Source: Microcystaceae cyanobacterium (GTDB lineage Bacteria > Cyanobacteriota > Cyanobacteriia > Cyanobacteriales > Microcystaceae). Taken from it: DNA of 53,994 nucleotides. This document shows positions 28,558 through 38,519 of the stretch, in pieces. Below the pieces are notes generated by a model that was not told the DNA's origin, searched no databases, and saw only the letters and a program-made list of their open reading frames with translations. Every line of letters starts with the position of its first letter. Positions within the stretch are counted from its first letter, which is position 1. Made by a program: the position numbers and the translations under genes. The DNA lies in NCBI GenBank assembly GCA_041746575.1, contig JBGTGT010000126.1, forward strand, positions 1 through 53,994, read 5' to 3'.

Positions 28558-29835
28558 TTACAGGGTTAAGGAAGTCGCCTCGGTTTCGATTAACTTTGCT
28601 AAGTCTTGTAAAAAGGCTGCCGCTTGCGCCCCATAAATGGCTCGGTGGTCAGAGGTGATATTTACGGCCATTTGCCGTTTAATGCCGAAAAGCCCCTCTG
28701 CCGTGGCCACCATTTGCGGACGGGATGCTCCAATCGCTAAAATTGATCCTTGATTGGGCGGTAAAATGGCATCAAACCGATCAACGCCAAACATTCCTAA
28801 GTTAGAGAGGGTAAATGTGCCACTATTGTATTCTTGTGGCTGTAATTGCTTCACTCTGGCACGTTCGACCAAATCTTTCCAGTTCCGAGACAAGGAATAC
28901 AAATCCACTTGATCGGCATTTTGCAACACGGGTGTAATCAGTCCTCCATCCGGCATCGCCACTGCCACGGCAATATTGATGGCAGAATTATAACGAATTC
29001 CTTGGTCGGTGTAGCAAGCGTTAACAATGGGGTGTTTTTTCAAGGTAACAGCCACTGCTTTTGCTAATAAAGCCGTCATCGTTACGCCTTTTGGCTTTAC
29101 TTGTGCATACAGTTTATCTAATGCGTCGGTGGTAATAGTGTAACTCACATGAAAGATCGGTACTTGCAAACTCACCATCATATTTTGTACCACCGCCTTC
29201 TGTAGCGTATTCAAAGGAACAGTTTCCCCAATCGGAACAGCCATAGGGGCGGGTGCAGGGGCAGACTTAGGCGCAACGGGAGGAGCAGATGGCATAGCAG
29301 TTGTTACGGAGGGAGTAGGGGCTTTTCCACTCGCTTTTTCCACATCTTCACCGACAATGCGCCCATGGGGGCCACTTCCTTTTAAGGTACTAAGATCAAT
29401 TCCTAAATTTTGGGCTAATTTTTTAGCACGGGGTGAGGCGATAACCCGGCCATTACGAGGACTGGGTGAAGCGGTGGCAGTTGAGGCAGAGATCGGTTCT
29501 GGGGTAGATTCTGGGGCAGAAGACTCGTCTGAGGGAGCGTCTGAGGTTGTCGTAGGGGAAGATCCGGCTTTATTCTGCGCTTCTGCAATTTCTGCTTCGG
29601 TTTCAGCCACGAGAGCGATCGCTTGTCCTACAGGGGCTTCTTGTCCCGCTTCAACCATAATAACGGCTAAATAACCATCATAGAAAGATTCAACGTCCAT
29701 ATCTGCCTTATCTGACTCTACCACGACGACTGTTTCGCCTTTTTTCACTTTTTCGCCCGGTGACTTGACCCAAGAAACGATCTTACCTTCGGTCATGGTA
29801 GAACTTAAGGCGGGCATGAAGATATCGTGAATCAT
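28558..29835 (-). CDS. pdhC: Pyruvate dehydrogenase E2 (dihydrolipoamide acetyltransferase)
   Basis: Lipoyl motif VESDKADMDVE, E3-binding ASPRAKKLA, and catalytic DHR..YG. Confidence 0.95.
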   Translation of the reverse strand: MIHDIFMPALSSTMTEGKIVSWVKSPGEKVKKGETVVVVESDKADMDVESFYDGYLAVIMVEAGQEAPVGQAIALVAETEAEIAEAQNKAGSSPTTTSDAPSDESSAPESTPEPISASTATASPSPRNGRVIASPRAKKLAQNLGIDLSTLKGSGPHGRIVGEDVEKASGKAPTPSVTTAMPSAPPVAPKSAPAPAPMAVPIGETVPLNTLQKAVVQNMMVSLQVPIFHVSYTITTDALDKLYAQVKPKGVTMTALLAKAVAVTLKKHPIVNACYTDQGIRYNSAINIAVAVAMPDGGLITPVLQNADQVDLYSLSRNWKDLVERARVKQLQPQEYNSGTFTLSNLGMFGVDRFDAILPPNQGSILAIGASRPQMVATAEGLFGIKRQMAVNITSDHRAIYGAQAAAFLQDLAKLIETEATSLTL

Positions 29836-30088
29836 AGTGTTGTTTTTCCTAAATAGGTGATAAGTTTAGAACGAAATGTAGTGTTTTTGGCTAAATTGCA
29901 TTTTAGCAAAATTTGTCCAATCAGGAATCAATAACTCACTACATTTTTGCACTCTTGAGCAAACAATCCATAATCTTTGCATCTATTGGCAACTGGATAA
30001 GAGACAAAGTTCGGGATGTCAGTTGTGTTTTTTAAGAGGACAGTTAGGGGACGAGTAGCGATCGCCTCTGAAATAGAATAACCTGACT

Positions 30089-30757
30089 TTAGTTTTTAAT
30101 GTTTTTAATATTTTTAAGGGCTTCTAGAACATTGTGTGATCCTTCTCCCCATCGTAAATAGAACCTGACTGCATTGGGAAAGGGAATGTCACTCGGAAAA
30201 ACTTTGTTTTCGGGAACAATATAAATTCCACCTAAGGCTGGTGTAGGAACAGATGGCACAAAAACAACATAGCCCGTGTCAACATAATGATCAAGTAAAA
30301 AGCCGATTGATAAAGCTTCATCTAATGCTCCCAAAGCAACAAATGCAACTTTTAAATTTTCTTCTTCTTTTGAGCCAAAGCCAGTTATTTGCCTTGTTAA
30401 AGTACTCAGAAGATGGTAAACGGGAATTTTTTCTAACTTAGGCTCGATTAAATTTTTAATCATTAAACCTAGCGAAGTTTTAAAAAAAATTCCCACCAAA
30501 AAACATAATAAAAGCAAAATAATAAGAGCAATAACGATTTCTGTAATCGAACCATCAAAGGGAATAAAGGAATTTATGGTAACAATGAGAGGTTTAAAAA
30601 CTCCAATGATACTATTTAGAATTTTTCGGATAAAAAGAATCGTCAAATAAACGGGTAAAAGAATGATAAAACCACTGACAAAACTTGTTATGATAAATGT
30701 TATTAGCGTCAGAACTTTCCCCTTAAGTTTGTTTTTTTTTCTGGGTTGCTTAATCAT
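30089..30757 (-). CDS. DUF502 family membrane protein
   Basis: Two TM segments, KIPVY and VVFVPSVPTP..G motifs. Confidence 0.75.
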   Translation of the reverse strand: MIKQPRKKNKLKGKVLTLITFIITSFVSGFIILLPVYLTILFIRKILNSIIGVFKPLIVTINSFIPFDGSITEIVIALIILLLLCFLVGIFFKTSLGLMIKNLIEPKLEKIPVYHLLSTLTRQITGFGSKEEENLKVAFVALGALDEALSIGFLLDHYVDTGYVVFVPSVPTPALGGIYIVPENKVFPSDIPFPNAVRFYLRWGEGSHNVLEALKNIKNIKN

Positions 30758-30936
30758 TTTTATTGCGACTTAAAATAAAGGGCAATCTATCGGTTTTTTC
30801 GGATTCACAACCTAATTTTAGGAAAAAAGGTTTACAGAAAAGGACTCAAAATTTATCATACCCTTTTCATTATGCCTCGTTCCTTTTAAAAAGGGGGTGT
30901 AAGCCCCCATTAATGACAATTATATTTAAATGAGCC

Positions 30937-31491
30937 TTAATTCAGAGCTTGACCGACGAACGCCATAGTTAAACTATCTTCAGCTAAGAAATGGTCGAGA
31001 TGATACGCTCTTTCTTCTGTTTCTAAGAGAATTTTCTCGTAGAGATAGCGGGTGGCGCGATCGCCTAAACTTTCAGCTTGAGCCGCTTGACGGCGTAATA
31101 ATTGAATCAAAGCTTGTTCTGCCGTTAAATTATGCTCAACCATGGCGCGGCAGGTATAAGTCCCGTCTTCTTCGGGCGTAAAACAGCACAATTCGGCTAG
31201 TTTACTGAAACTTGCCACAGGAACGCCACCTAACCCGTTTAAGCGTTCGCCGATATCGTGGACATGGTCTTGGACTGCATCATAACTTTCGTTGAAGAAT
31301 TTGTGAAGGGAGTAAAATTCTGACCCTTCTACTACAAAATGATGTTTCTGGTATTGGAGGTATAGGGCTTGAAAACTGGCTAAAACGCTATTTAATCCTT
31401 CACAAACGGGAGTCGTCACGTTTTTTTCCAGCATAATGGGGTTATTTCCTACTTCTCCGTAGGTCATGATCAAGCCTTCTGTTACTGCCAT
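30937..31491 (-). CDS. dps: Dps family DNA protection / iron storage protein
   Basis: [16 protein letters not shown] and HDIGERL ferroxidase motifs. AGGAG RBS. Confidence 0.92.
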   Translation of the reverse strand: MAVTEGLIMTYGEVGNNPIMLEKNVTTPVCEGLNSVLASFQALYLQYQKHHFVVEGSEFYSLHKFFNESYDAVQDHVHDIGERLNGLGGVPVASFSKLAELCCFTPEEDGTYTCRAMVEHNLTAEQALIQLLRRQAAQAESLGDRATRYLYEKILLETEERAYHLDHFLAEDSLTMAFVGQALN

Positions 31492-31838
31492 GAGGATTCT
31501 CCTTTGCTTTCTCTATGGGGATGACAAACTTTTATTTATTATAGTTGATGCGACTTGTAAAAATGTATGACAATAAGCAAAATAAATTTATTTTTCTAAA
31601 ATTTTAAGGTTTTATTGAGGCATTGGTTGATAAAGATTCGCAAATATTCATTATTCGTAATATTTGAGAGATCCATTAGAAGAATTCTCGCTCGCGGGGT
31701 TTTATCGGCTCACCAATCTGGACTAAAAAATGGCAGGATAGAGTTGGCGAGGAATGGCTAGCGTAATTATTTAAAAAAGCTAAATAAACGACTTAAAATA
31801 CTCCATTAAATCATTTTTACGGATTAAATTTTTCCTTC

Positions 31839-32165
31839 CTACGTCTGAAAAGATAAACCACAGCGACAGGTTGATGTTGCTTGAGCGTTATGGAAACGAA
31901 ATCCTCCTCCCATTAAGTCTTCTGCATAATCAATACGGAGATTATGGAGATAAGATTGACTACTTTCGTCAATAATAAGGTCAATTTCAGGGTTTTCAAC
32001 AATAATATCCCCTTCTAGTGGAGCAGACGACCATAACTCCCAATGATAGTATTGTCCTGCACATCCACCTTGTTTAACTGTCAAACGCAGAGAAGTATTC
32101 ATCTGCTGACGACTGTGTTGCATTCGTTTGATTTCTTGGATAGCGGTGGGAGATAATTGAATCAT
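31839..32165 (-). CDS. iscA: Iron-sulfur cluster assembly accessory protein (IscA/HesB)
   Basis: GGCAG and CRCG.SF motifs. Likely start MIQLSP at 32165. Confidence 0.85.
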   Translation of the reverse strand: MIQLSPTAIQEIKRMQHSRQQMNTSLRLTVKQGGCAGQYYHWELWSSAPLEGDIIVENPEIDLIIDESSQSYLHNLRIDYAEDLMGGGFRFHNAQATSTCRCGLSFQT

Positions 32166-32184
32166 TTCAGAAAACGTCAAAAAC

Positions 32185-33249
32185 TTATTGAGATTTATCT
32201 TCAATTTTAGCAACGACGTTATCAAAATACACAGCTACTGCGTCTCCTGTTCCTCGAAAAGAAGTCACGGCGATATAGCCAGATTGAAAAGATTTATCTC
32301 GAAAATGTCCCACTCGTTTACCATTAATATACCCTATCACCAAATCTCCTTTGACCACCATTCTGAGTTTATTCATTTCTTGATTGCCTTTATTGATAAT
32401 TTGACTTTTATGCCATTTTCCTTGTTTTTCCCAACTCCCCTTGGTATGTTTGCCCATAATCCAAGTTCCGTTTCCTGCAATCATTAAATAATAGAAATTT
32501 TCGTAATTTTCTCCCCCTAAACGAGTAACTAATCCATAGGGAACATTCTCTGGCCCATTAATTTTTTTAGCATCGGCAGAAAAATCAACGTTAATAAATT
32601 TATACCCTGTCCATATTGATTTGCCATAGTGTTTAACATAGGGTTGAAGGTGAAATAATCCACCATTTTTAATTTTTGACCCATGGGTTAATGACCATTT
32701 CTGAGAAGCCGAAAAATTATCTTCTAAAATTACTTTGGTAAAGCTATCTGCCTTAAAAAAGGGCATCCACCAAGCATTAATAAAATAACCCATGACCCCA
32801 ACAATAGAACAAATTAAGCCTCCCCAGAAAAGTTTTTTAAGGGGAAACGATATCTTTGCCGGATGTTGACGCTGTTTATAAATCTGACGGGGTTGATGAT
32901 AGGAAGCGAGCATCGAAGAATCCATCTGAATCGAAGAAGGAGGGGCAACGTTCATCATGGTAGAGTCTAACGAACCCGGATTGTGACGAAAAGGACGCCG
33001 AGTCGGTGCTAAAGCAGGAGGGGGTGGCGGCGGTAGCGGGGGAAGAGCTTCAGAAGATGGCCGTTTAATTGTTTTTTTAACGCCAAATCCCGAAACATCA
33101 ATCAGCGTACTGGGTTTACTGGAATGTCCTGTCGCTGCTTTTTTTCCAACAAAAGGTAATAATATAGTACCACTACAGACTTCACAGGCGGATGGTTTTT
33201 GCGCCGTGATCATCTGATGCCCACAATCTTGACAGATGTACCGTTTCAT
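32185..33249 (-). CDS. Hypothetical membrane protein: N-terminal zinc ribbon, Pro-rich linker, TM helix, DUF1080-like beta domain
   Basis: CQDC..CEVC, PPLPPPPPP, a hydrophobic span, and C-terminal YING..G.I....YFDN. Likely start MKRYIC at 33249. Confidence 0.6.
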   Translation of the reverse strand: MKRYICQDCGHQMITAQKPSACEVCSGTILLPFVGKKAATGHSSKPSTLIDVSGFGVKKTIKRPSSEALPPLPPPPPPALAPTRRPFRHNPGSLDSTMMNVAPPSSIQMDSSMLASYHQPRQIYKQRQHPAKISFPLKKLFWGGLICSIVGVMGYFINAWWMPFFKADSFTKVILEDNFSASQKWSLTHGSKIKNGGLFHLQPYVKHYGKSIWTGYKFINVDFSADAKKINGPENVPYGLVTRLGGENYENFYYLMIAGNGTWIMGKHTKGSWEKQGKWHKSQIINKGNQEMNKLRMVVKGDLVIGYINGKRVGHFRDKSFQSGYIAVTSFRGTGDAVAVYFDNVVAKIEDKSQ

Positions 33250-33371
33250 GGAAATAGGAATACTAAGTAGATTGGAGGAATTTAAGGAAGCATCAGGGAG
33301 AAAGCCGATTTTAATCAAAAATTGCCCTTTCACCCTAATATTTGGCTTTGCCTTCCCTCCATTCCAGAGAA

Positions 33372-33797
33372 TTAAGATTGATGACGGGCGTAATCGTCTT
33401 GAAAACGAATAATGTCATCTTCTCCTAAGTATTCCCCATTTTGAACTTCAATTAACACGAGTTTGATCACGCCAGGATTTTCCAGACGGTGGGTGGTACA
33501 CTGAGGGACATAGGTGGATTGATTTGCCGCTAAAATTTCTTCTATCTCACCACAAGTCACTTTGGCGGTGCCAGAGACAACAATCCAGTGTTCACTACGA
33601 TGATGGTGCATCTGTAAACTGAGACGATGACCGGGATTGACTTCAATTCGTTTTATTTTATAGCCTGGGCCTTCTTCTAGGGTGGTAAATGAACCCCAAG
33701 GACGCATTTCGCTAGAGGCAACTTTGTCGCTATGGGCAACAGAGAAAAACGCTAAGTTCTCGGTTTGAGAGGATTCTTGTAAGTGAACCATCGTCAA
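33372..33797 (-). CDS. Type II phosphomannose isomerase C-terminal cupin protein
   Basis: RPWG, LSLQMHHHRSEHW and EVQNGEYLGEDDIIRF motifs. Confidence 0.9.
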   Translation of the reverse strand: MTMVHLQESSQTENLAFFSVAHSDKVASSEMRPWGSFTTLEEGPGYKIKRIEVNPGHRLSLQMHHHRSEHWIVVSGTAKVTCGEIEEILAANQSTYVPQCTTHRLENPGVIKLVLIEVQNGEYLGEDDIIRFQDDYARHQS

Positions 33798-33890
33798 TGA
33801 CTCCTTTTTTTCGGTTATGTAGTAAACAGTCCTTGAGTTCCTACTTTTATATCTTGCTTACGATAACATAAATCTCAAGTTGAGGATTGT

Positions 33891-35738
33891 TTAAAAGGGG
33901 GAATTCACAAAGACGCCTATTCCATTGTGAACCCTAGCGGCGGTAACGGCAGAACGATCAATTAATTGGCCACCTAAACTTAAGGAAGTTGAACTGCCTC
34001 CATCTAAATTTAAGGCTTCTTTTGCACCCATTTTTTGTAATATTTGAGCAAATTCGGATAAGCTTACTCCTTTTCCATTGATGCGATGGTGAACGGCCAC
34101 TAACATGAGTTTTCCGTTACGGTGAAGGGCAATCCCACTACGGGAGGCTTGTTGATTTTGAAACGCTGGACTAAATCCTTCTGCTTTTGCATCTAAGACA
34201 ATCTGACCATTTTGCAGTAAGAGAGGGCCTGCGCCCAAAATATTGGGGAAATTAGCAAATTCTGGTGGTTGAGTTTGAGATTCGATACTTAAGGTTGTCC
34301 CTATGGCTAAAATGGAAGAAGAAAGGGCGTTTTTACGAATAACTAGGATATAATCTTTGGGAAAAATTGTAAATTTCTCGTTTCCTGCCTTACCTGCGTT
34401 TTTTTGCCCAATCACTTGATTATTCTGTACGCTGATGATTATCTCATTATCGGTTAAGGGGGTATAACTGTCTCCCCATGCTGAGGTATAACGGGCTAAT
34501 CCTTGGTCAAGATAGGCACTATTGAGAAATAAAATCGGTAATCGTTGTCCATTATTAGTAACTAAGGTTTCTTTGAGGCTTAAACGACTCATTTTAATAT
34601 AACCGTTTTGATCCCAAGCGATCGCACCTCGGTTTAAAATGGGGCCGGATAACCATTGTTGGTCTTGTCGAATCGCTCCTAGAGGGAGTTTATTATTACG
34701 ATTAAAAAAGCCTCCGTTAATTGCGGCAGACGCTTTCGCTAGGTTAGCCATCGTAACTAAAGGATTAATGCCTTCTAAACCTGTCAAAGGTCGTAAAATC
34801 GGTTTTAATTGAAGATTAGAAGCCCTTTGATCAATTTCTAACCACGTCACTGGGAAGTTATCTTGTTGTAAGGTAACCTCTTGTCGTCGCCATATAATCC
34901 CCTCTGTCCAACGAATTTCTTGCGGTAAGCTGTAGTCGGGACGAACATCAATGACTAAGCGGGGAGGATTATTGAGGCTAAATACCCGTAATCCTTGTGA
35001 AGGAGGTAAATTGACCCGAATTTTGCTTAATGTTCCCTTATTTTCTAAACCGACTAAGGAAGAAGATGAATCGGAAAGGTTTTGACTGCTTAAGTCATCT
35101 TCATCGCTATTATTGTCTGTTTTTGGCGAAATAAAAGGATATTGACGCAATAAATCAGGAGGCGTGATCCCCTCTACGATTACCACTCCTTCGGTTTTAT
35201 TTTGACTGATTTGCCAAGGGGTGGGACGATCTAAATCTAAGACAATACGTTGACCAAATTCTTGTTTTCCGAGGCGTAAATTGACAATATTAGCGGAAAG
35301 GGTAGTTAAAAATAGATTATTTTCTTGAATTCCTACTTTAATGCCCGCATTTTCTAAGAAATCAGTAACGTCTAAATAACGATAGGGAGTGATAAACTTA
35401 ACAGGTAAAGGTATATTTTCTTTATTTTCTGAGGAAAACCACTGAATCGGCTGTATTTTGTCCCCATTGTTGCTTTCAAGTTCCAATCCTAACAACTGCA
35501 TTGCCCCAATATCACTGATTCCCCATCGAATTTGATTGCCCTCTGTCCATTGTGTCCATGGCACCGAAAAGGTGCGACCATTGAGGAGAATTTCATTCCC
35601 TGAAAAGGGTTGAGAAACAACTTGAGATTGCCAAGAAGGGGAAGAAAGAACGGACTGAAAAGAAGAATAGCTTAAACCATAAATTAAGGTTGTTAAAAGA
35701 CAGGAAATAGTAATGAGACTAAAAGAATACCATTGCAT
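33891..35738 (-). CDS. Phosphodiester glycosidase (NAGPA) family protein with AMIN-like domain
   Basis: AAINGGFF, GAGPLL, NLDGGSST and PPRLVIDV motifs. Confidence 0.85.
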   Translation of the reverse strand: MQWYSFSLITISCLLTTLIYGLSYSSFQSVLSSPSWQSQVVSQPFSGNEILLNGRTFSVPWTQWTEGNQIRWGISDIGAMQLLGLELESNNGDKIQPIQWFSSENKENIPLPVKFITPYRYLDVTDFLENAGIKVGIQENNLFLTTLSANIVNLRLGKQEFGQRIVLDLDRPTPWQISQNKTEGVVIVEGITPPDLLRQYPFISPKTDNNSDEDDLSSQNLSDSSSSLVGLENKGTLSKIRVNLPPSQGLRVFSLNNPPRLVIDVRPDYSLPQEIRWTEGIIWRRQEVTLQQDNFPVTWLEIDQRASNLQLKPILRPLTGLEGINPLVTMANLAKASAAINGGFFNRNNKLPLGAIRQDQQWLSGPILNRGAIAWDQNGYIKMSRLSLKETLVTNNGQRLPILFLNSAYLDQGLARYTSAWGDSYTPLTDNEIIISVQNNQVIGQKNAGKAGNEKFTIFPKDYILVIRKNALSSSILAIGTTLSIESQTQPPEFANFPNILGAGPLLLQNGQIVLDAKAEGFSPAFQNQQASRSGIALHRNGKLMLVAVHHRINGKGVSLSEFAQILQKMGAKEALNLDGGSSTSLSLGGQLIDRSAVTAARVHNGIGVFVNSPF

Positions 35739-35911
35739 TTTTATTTATCATTCATCGAAATATTCTTTAAATTTAATTTAAGTTTGCCGAAATATTCCTA
35801 AAATTATTCTTAATATAATTAAAGCAGAAACCAGTTTCTCGCTGATAACCGGCAAGATATTTGGCTCACTTTTTACGAAGGGTTTAAATCAACCCTAGGA
35901 GAAACGAAGCA

Positions 35912-36229
35912 ATGCTTTATCATTTGGATTTTCAAGTAGAATATCCCGCAAATATGACCCAAAAAGACTTATTTTCGATTTGGTCGAAGGAAGCAGACGC
36001 GGCTTTAGGGGCAAAAGCGGCAGGGATTGTGGTAGATTTGTGGAAATGTGTGGGCGAACGACGAGTCATTGCCATCGTTAATGTCAATTCTCCCGATGAA
36101 CTTGATCAAATCACCTTAACTTTACCGATTATGCAGGAAATGGGGCAACACGTTACCATCAAAGTCACGCCTCTTCGTCGTTATGAAGATTTTGCCAATG
36201 ATGTCAATCAATGGTTGAATAAGGGATAA
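35912..36229 (+). CDS. Muconolactone delta-isomerase family protein
   Basis: MLYHLDF...G....LWKCVG.R...DELDQI...LP pattern. AGGAG RBS. Confidence 0.7.
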   Translation: MLYHLDFQVEYPANMTQKDLFSIWSKEADAALGAKAAGIVVDLWKCVGERRVIAIVNVNSPDELDQITLTLPIMQEMGQHVTIKVTPLRRYEDFANDVNQWLNKG

Positions 36230-36260
36230 TTAAGTCGTTGCATAATTTAAATATTCCATT

Positions 36261-36551
36261 GTGGACACTGAACAACGATTAGATCAAGCGGAGCGATTTT
36301 TAGAAACGATTGCCCATTATATTGATAGACATGAACGAATGTTTGAGCAGAGTCAAGCAGAAATGGCTCAATTACGGACGCACATGGACGAAGTTTTGGG
36401 AATTTTTACTGATTTAGCTCAATTTCAACGAGAAAGTCAAGCGAGAATGGAGCAAGCAGAACTAAGAATCGAACAAAATCAAACAGAAATCAGACGTATT
36501 TGGGAATATTTACTCAATCAAAGCCGTAATGGTCATTCAGATGAGGCTTGA
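36261..36551 (+). CDS. Small coiled-coil hypothetical protein, copy 1
   Basis: GTG start. Near-identical to the downstream copy. Confidence 0.7.
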   Translation: MDTEQRLDQAERFLETIAHYIDRHERMFEQSQAEMAQLRTHMDEVLGIFTDLAQFQRESQARMEQAELRIEQNQTEIRRIWEYLLNQSRNGHSDEA

Positions 36552-36598
36552 TCTTGACATAAAATGAATTAATTGAGATTAGATCCCTATATTGAAGC

Positions 36599-36922
36599 AT
36601 GGACACTGAACAACGATTAGATCAAGCGGAGCGATTTTTAGAAACGATTGCCCGTTATATTGATAGACATGAACGAATGTTTGAGCAGAGCCAAGCAGAA
36701 ATGGTTCAATTACGGACACACATGGACGAAGCTTTGGGAATTTTTACTGATTTAGCTCAATTTCAACGAGAAAGTCAAGCGAGAATGGAAGCGAGAATGG
36801 AGCAAATAGAGCAACGAATGGAACAACATGAATTAAGAATGGAGCAAAATCAAGCAGAAATTAGACGAATTTGGGAATATTTACTCAATCAATACCGTAA
36901 TGGTCATTCAGATGAGTCTTGA
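36599..36922 (+). CDS. Small coiled-coil hypothetical protein, copy 2
   Basis: Tandem paralogue with 11 extra residues of heptad-like repeat. Confidence 0.75.
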   Translation: MDTEQRLDQAERFLETIARYIDRHERMFEQSQAEMVQLRTHMDEALGIFTDLAQFQRESQARMEARMEQIEQRMEQHELRMEQNQAEIRRIWEYLLNQYRNGHSDES

Positions 36923-36972
36923 TTCTTTAGAAGTTAAAAATTAATCTATTACTATCATCGAGGATTTCAAAA

Positions 36973-37053
36973 ATGCTATTGTTCACCCTACTCGTGTTTA
37001 TTCTACTGGCTACGATTATTCTCATTTTACTCATCCCCAAAAATCAGCGTTAA
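36973..37053 (+). CDS. Putative 26-aa single-TM microprotein (MLLFTLLVFILLATIILILLIPKNQR)
   Basis: ATG preceded by GAGG (36960-36963). About 21 consecutive uncharged, mostly hydrophobic residues, then a basic tail. Confidence 0.5.
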   Translation: MLLFTLLVFILLATIILILLIPKNQR

Positions 37054-37178
37054 TCGTTGCTAATTGTCCTTAATTTACCGCCTACAAAATTAGTTTTTTT
37101 TATTTAACTTCTGATCATTTTACTGCCTTACAAAAAACTGCTAAGAAATGCACAATGCTAGTTTCAACTTCCCTATTT

Positions 37179-38342
37179 CTACGAGAAATCTGAAATTTCT
37201 AATACTTTAACTTTTATTTTGTCTTGTCCGAATTCAATTATTAATTCTTGATCAGGATTAATTAAATCAGTTGAGTTCAAAATCACTCCATCTGCCTGCT
37301 TGATCACGGCATAGCCTCGTTTTAACACAGCTTCTGGATCAAGGGAAAGTAACTTTTCTTGTAATAATTGACAACGATGGGTTGCTTGAATCAACGTTCT
37401 AGACATTTCTGGTTGTCTTTTTAAACGGTCTTTTAGAGAACTTAACCGTTCTTTCTCGAATTTCAAACGATCTTGTAATGCTTTATCTAACTGATGACGA
37501 TATTGATAATAATCTGCCACTAATTGAGTGTAATCTGGTACAATTTTTTCGGCGGCGGCGGTAGGTGTATGAAAAGCAATGTCTGCTACTAAATCTGCTA
37601 AAGATTCGTCCCTTTCGTGACCAATTCCTGTCACAACAGGAATTTCGCTTTCAGCAATCGCTCTTACCACCTTTTCGTCGTTAAAACAGGCTAAATCTTC
37701 TACCGATCCGCCTCCTCGTGCTAAAAGTAAGATATTAGCTCGTCCATCCTTATTTACGCGCTGAATCGCTGAAGCAATTGATGATGGAGCTTTTTCACCT
37801 TGTACTACTGCCGGAGAGAGAAGTAAGGTTAGATTAGGATAACGTTGACTAAGGGTACGGCAGATGTCCCCCCAAGCGGCCGCATTAGGAGAGGTAACCA
37901 CGGCAATTTTCGCTGGAAAAGCCGGAATTGGTCGTTTACGACTCAAGTCAAATAATCCTTCATTTTGTAAACGCCATCGTAGTTGCTGGGATTGTAGCGA
38001 CTGTATCCCTTCCCCAATCGCTAAACATTGATATAGATTAAGCTTGTACTCTCCTCGTTTACCGTAAAGTCGAATGCTACCTAAAACCAGAACTTTCTCT
38101 CCTTTTTGCGGAAACTGAGTCAATTTTCCTAATTGCGATCGCCAAATCACACATTGTAATGTTGCGGGATTTTCCGGATCACTTAACGTTAAAAATACGC
38201 CACTAGGATGGTCATGAAGACTCGATACTTCCCCAATAATCCAAACCTGTCGCAATTGGGGATCATTTTCTAAAGAAAATTGGAGATATTCGTTAAATTC
38301 TTGGACAGATAACGCTTCTAGATAAGTCCCTTCTGTGACCAT
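37179..38342 (-). CDS. xseA: Exodeoxyribonuclease VII large subunit
   Basis: ARGGGS.EDL, GIGHE.D, TPTAAAE and VLKRGY motifs. Confidence 0.95.
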   Translation of the reverse strand: MVTEGTYLEALSVQEFNEYLQFSLENDPQLRQVWIIGEVSSLHDHPSGVFLTLSDPENPATLQCVIWRSQLGKLTQFPQKGEKVLVLGSIRLYGKRGEYKLNLYQCLAIGEGIQSLQSQQLRWRLQNEGLFDLSRKRPIPAFPAKIAVVTSPNAAAWGDICRTLSQRYPNLTLLLSPAVVQGEKAPSSIASAIQRVNKDGRANILLLARGGGSVEDLACFNDEKVVRAIAESEIPVVTGIGHERDESLADLVADIAFHTPTAAAEKIVPDYTQLVADYYQYRHQLDKALQDRLKFEKERLSSLKDRLKRQPEMSRTLIQATHRCQLLQEKLLSLDPEAVLKRGYAVIKQADGVILNSTDLINPDQELIIEFGQDKIKVKVLEISDFS

Positions 38343-38357
38343 GAAAAAATACCCTAA

Positions 38358-38431
38358 AAATCAGAAAGAGAGCCGACGACTTTCCGTGTTTCGTCTCGGC
38401 TCTCTTAATCTGGTTCGCTCCTCGCACCTTG
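38358..38431 (-). ncRNA. yfr2: Yfr2-family cyanobacterial small RNA
   Basis: Minus strand GTGCGAGGAGCGAAC leader, then stem AAGAGAGCCGA/TCGGCTCTCTT enclosing GAAACACGGAAA. TATAAT -10 at 38443-38438. Confidence 0.75.
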
Positions 38432-38519
38432 TTTACAATTATAGATAGCTTTTTCTATTTAGTCAAGGGGTAGAAAAATATTAAGGTTTGCTTAAGCAAG
38501 TTTGGGGAGTCTATCTAGG

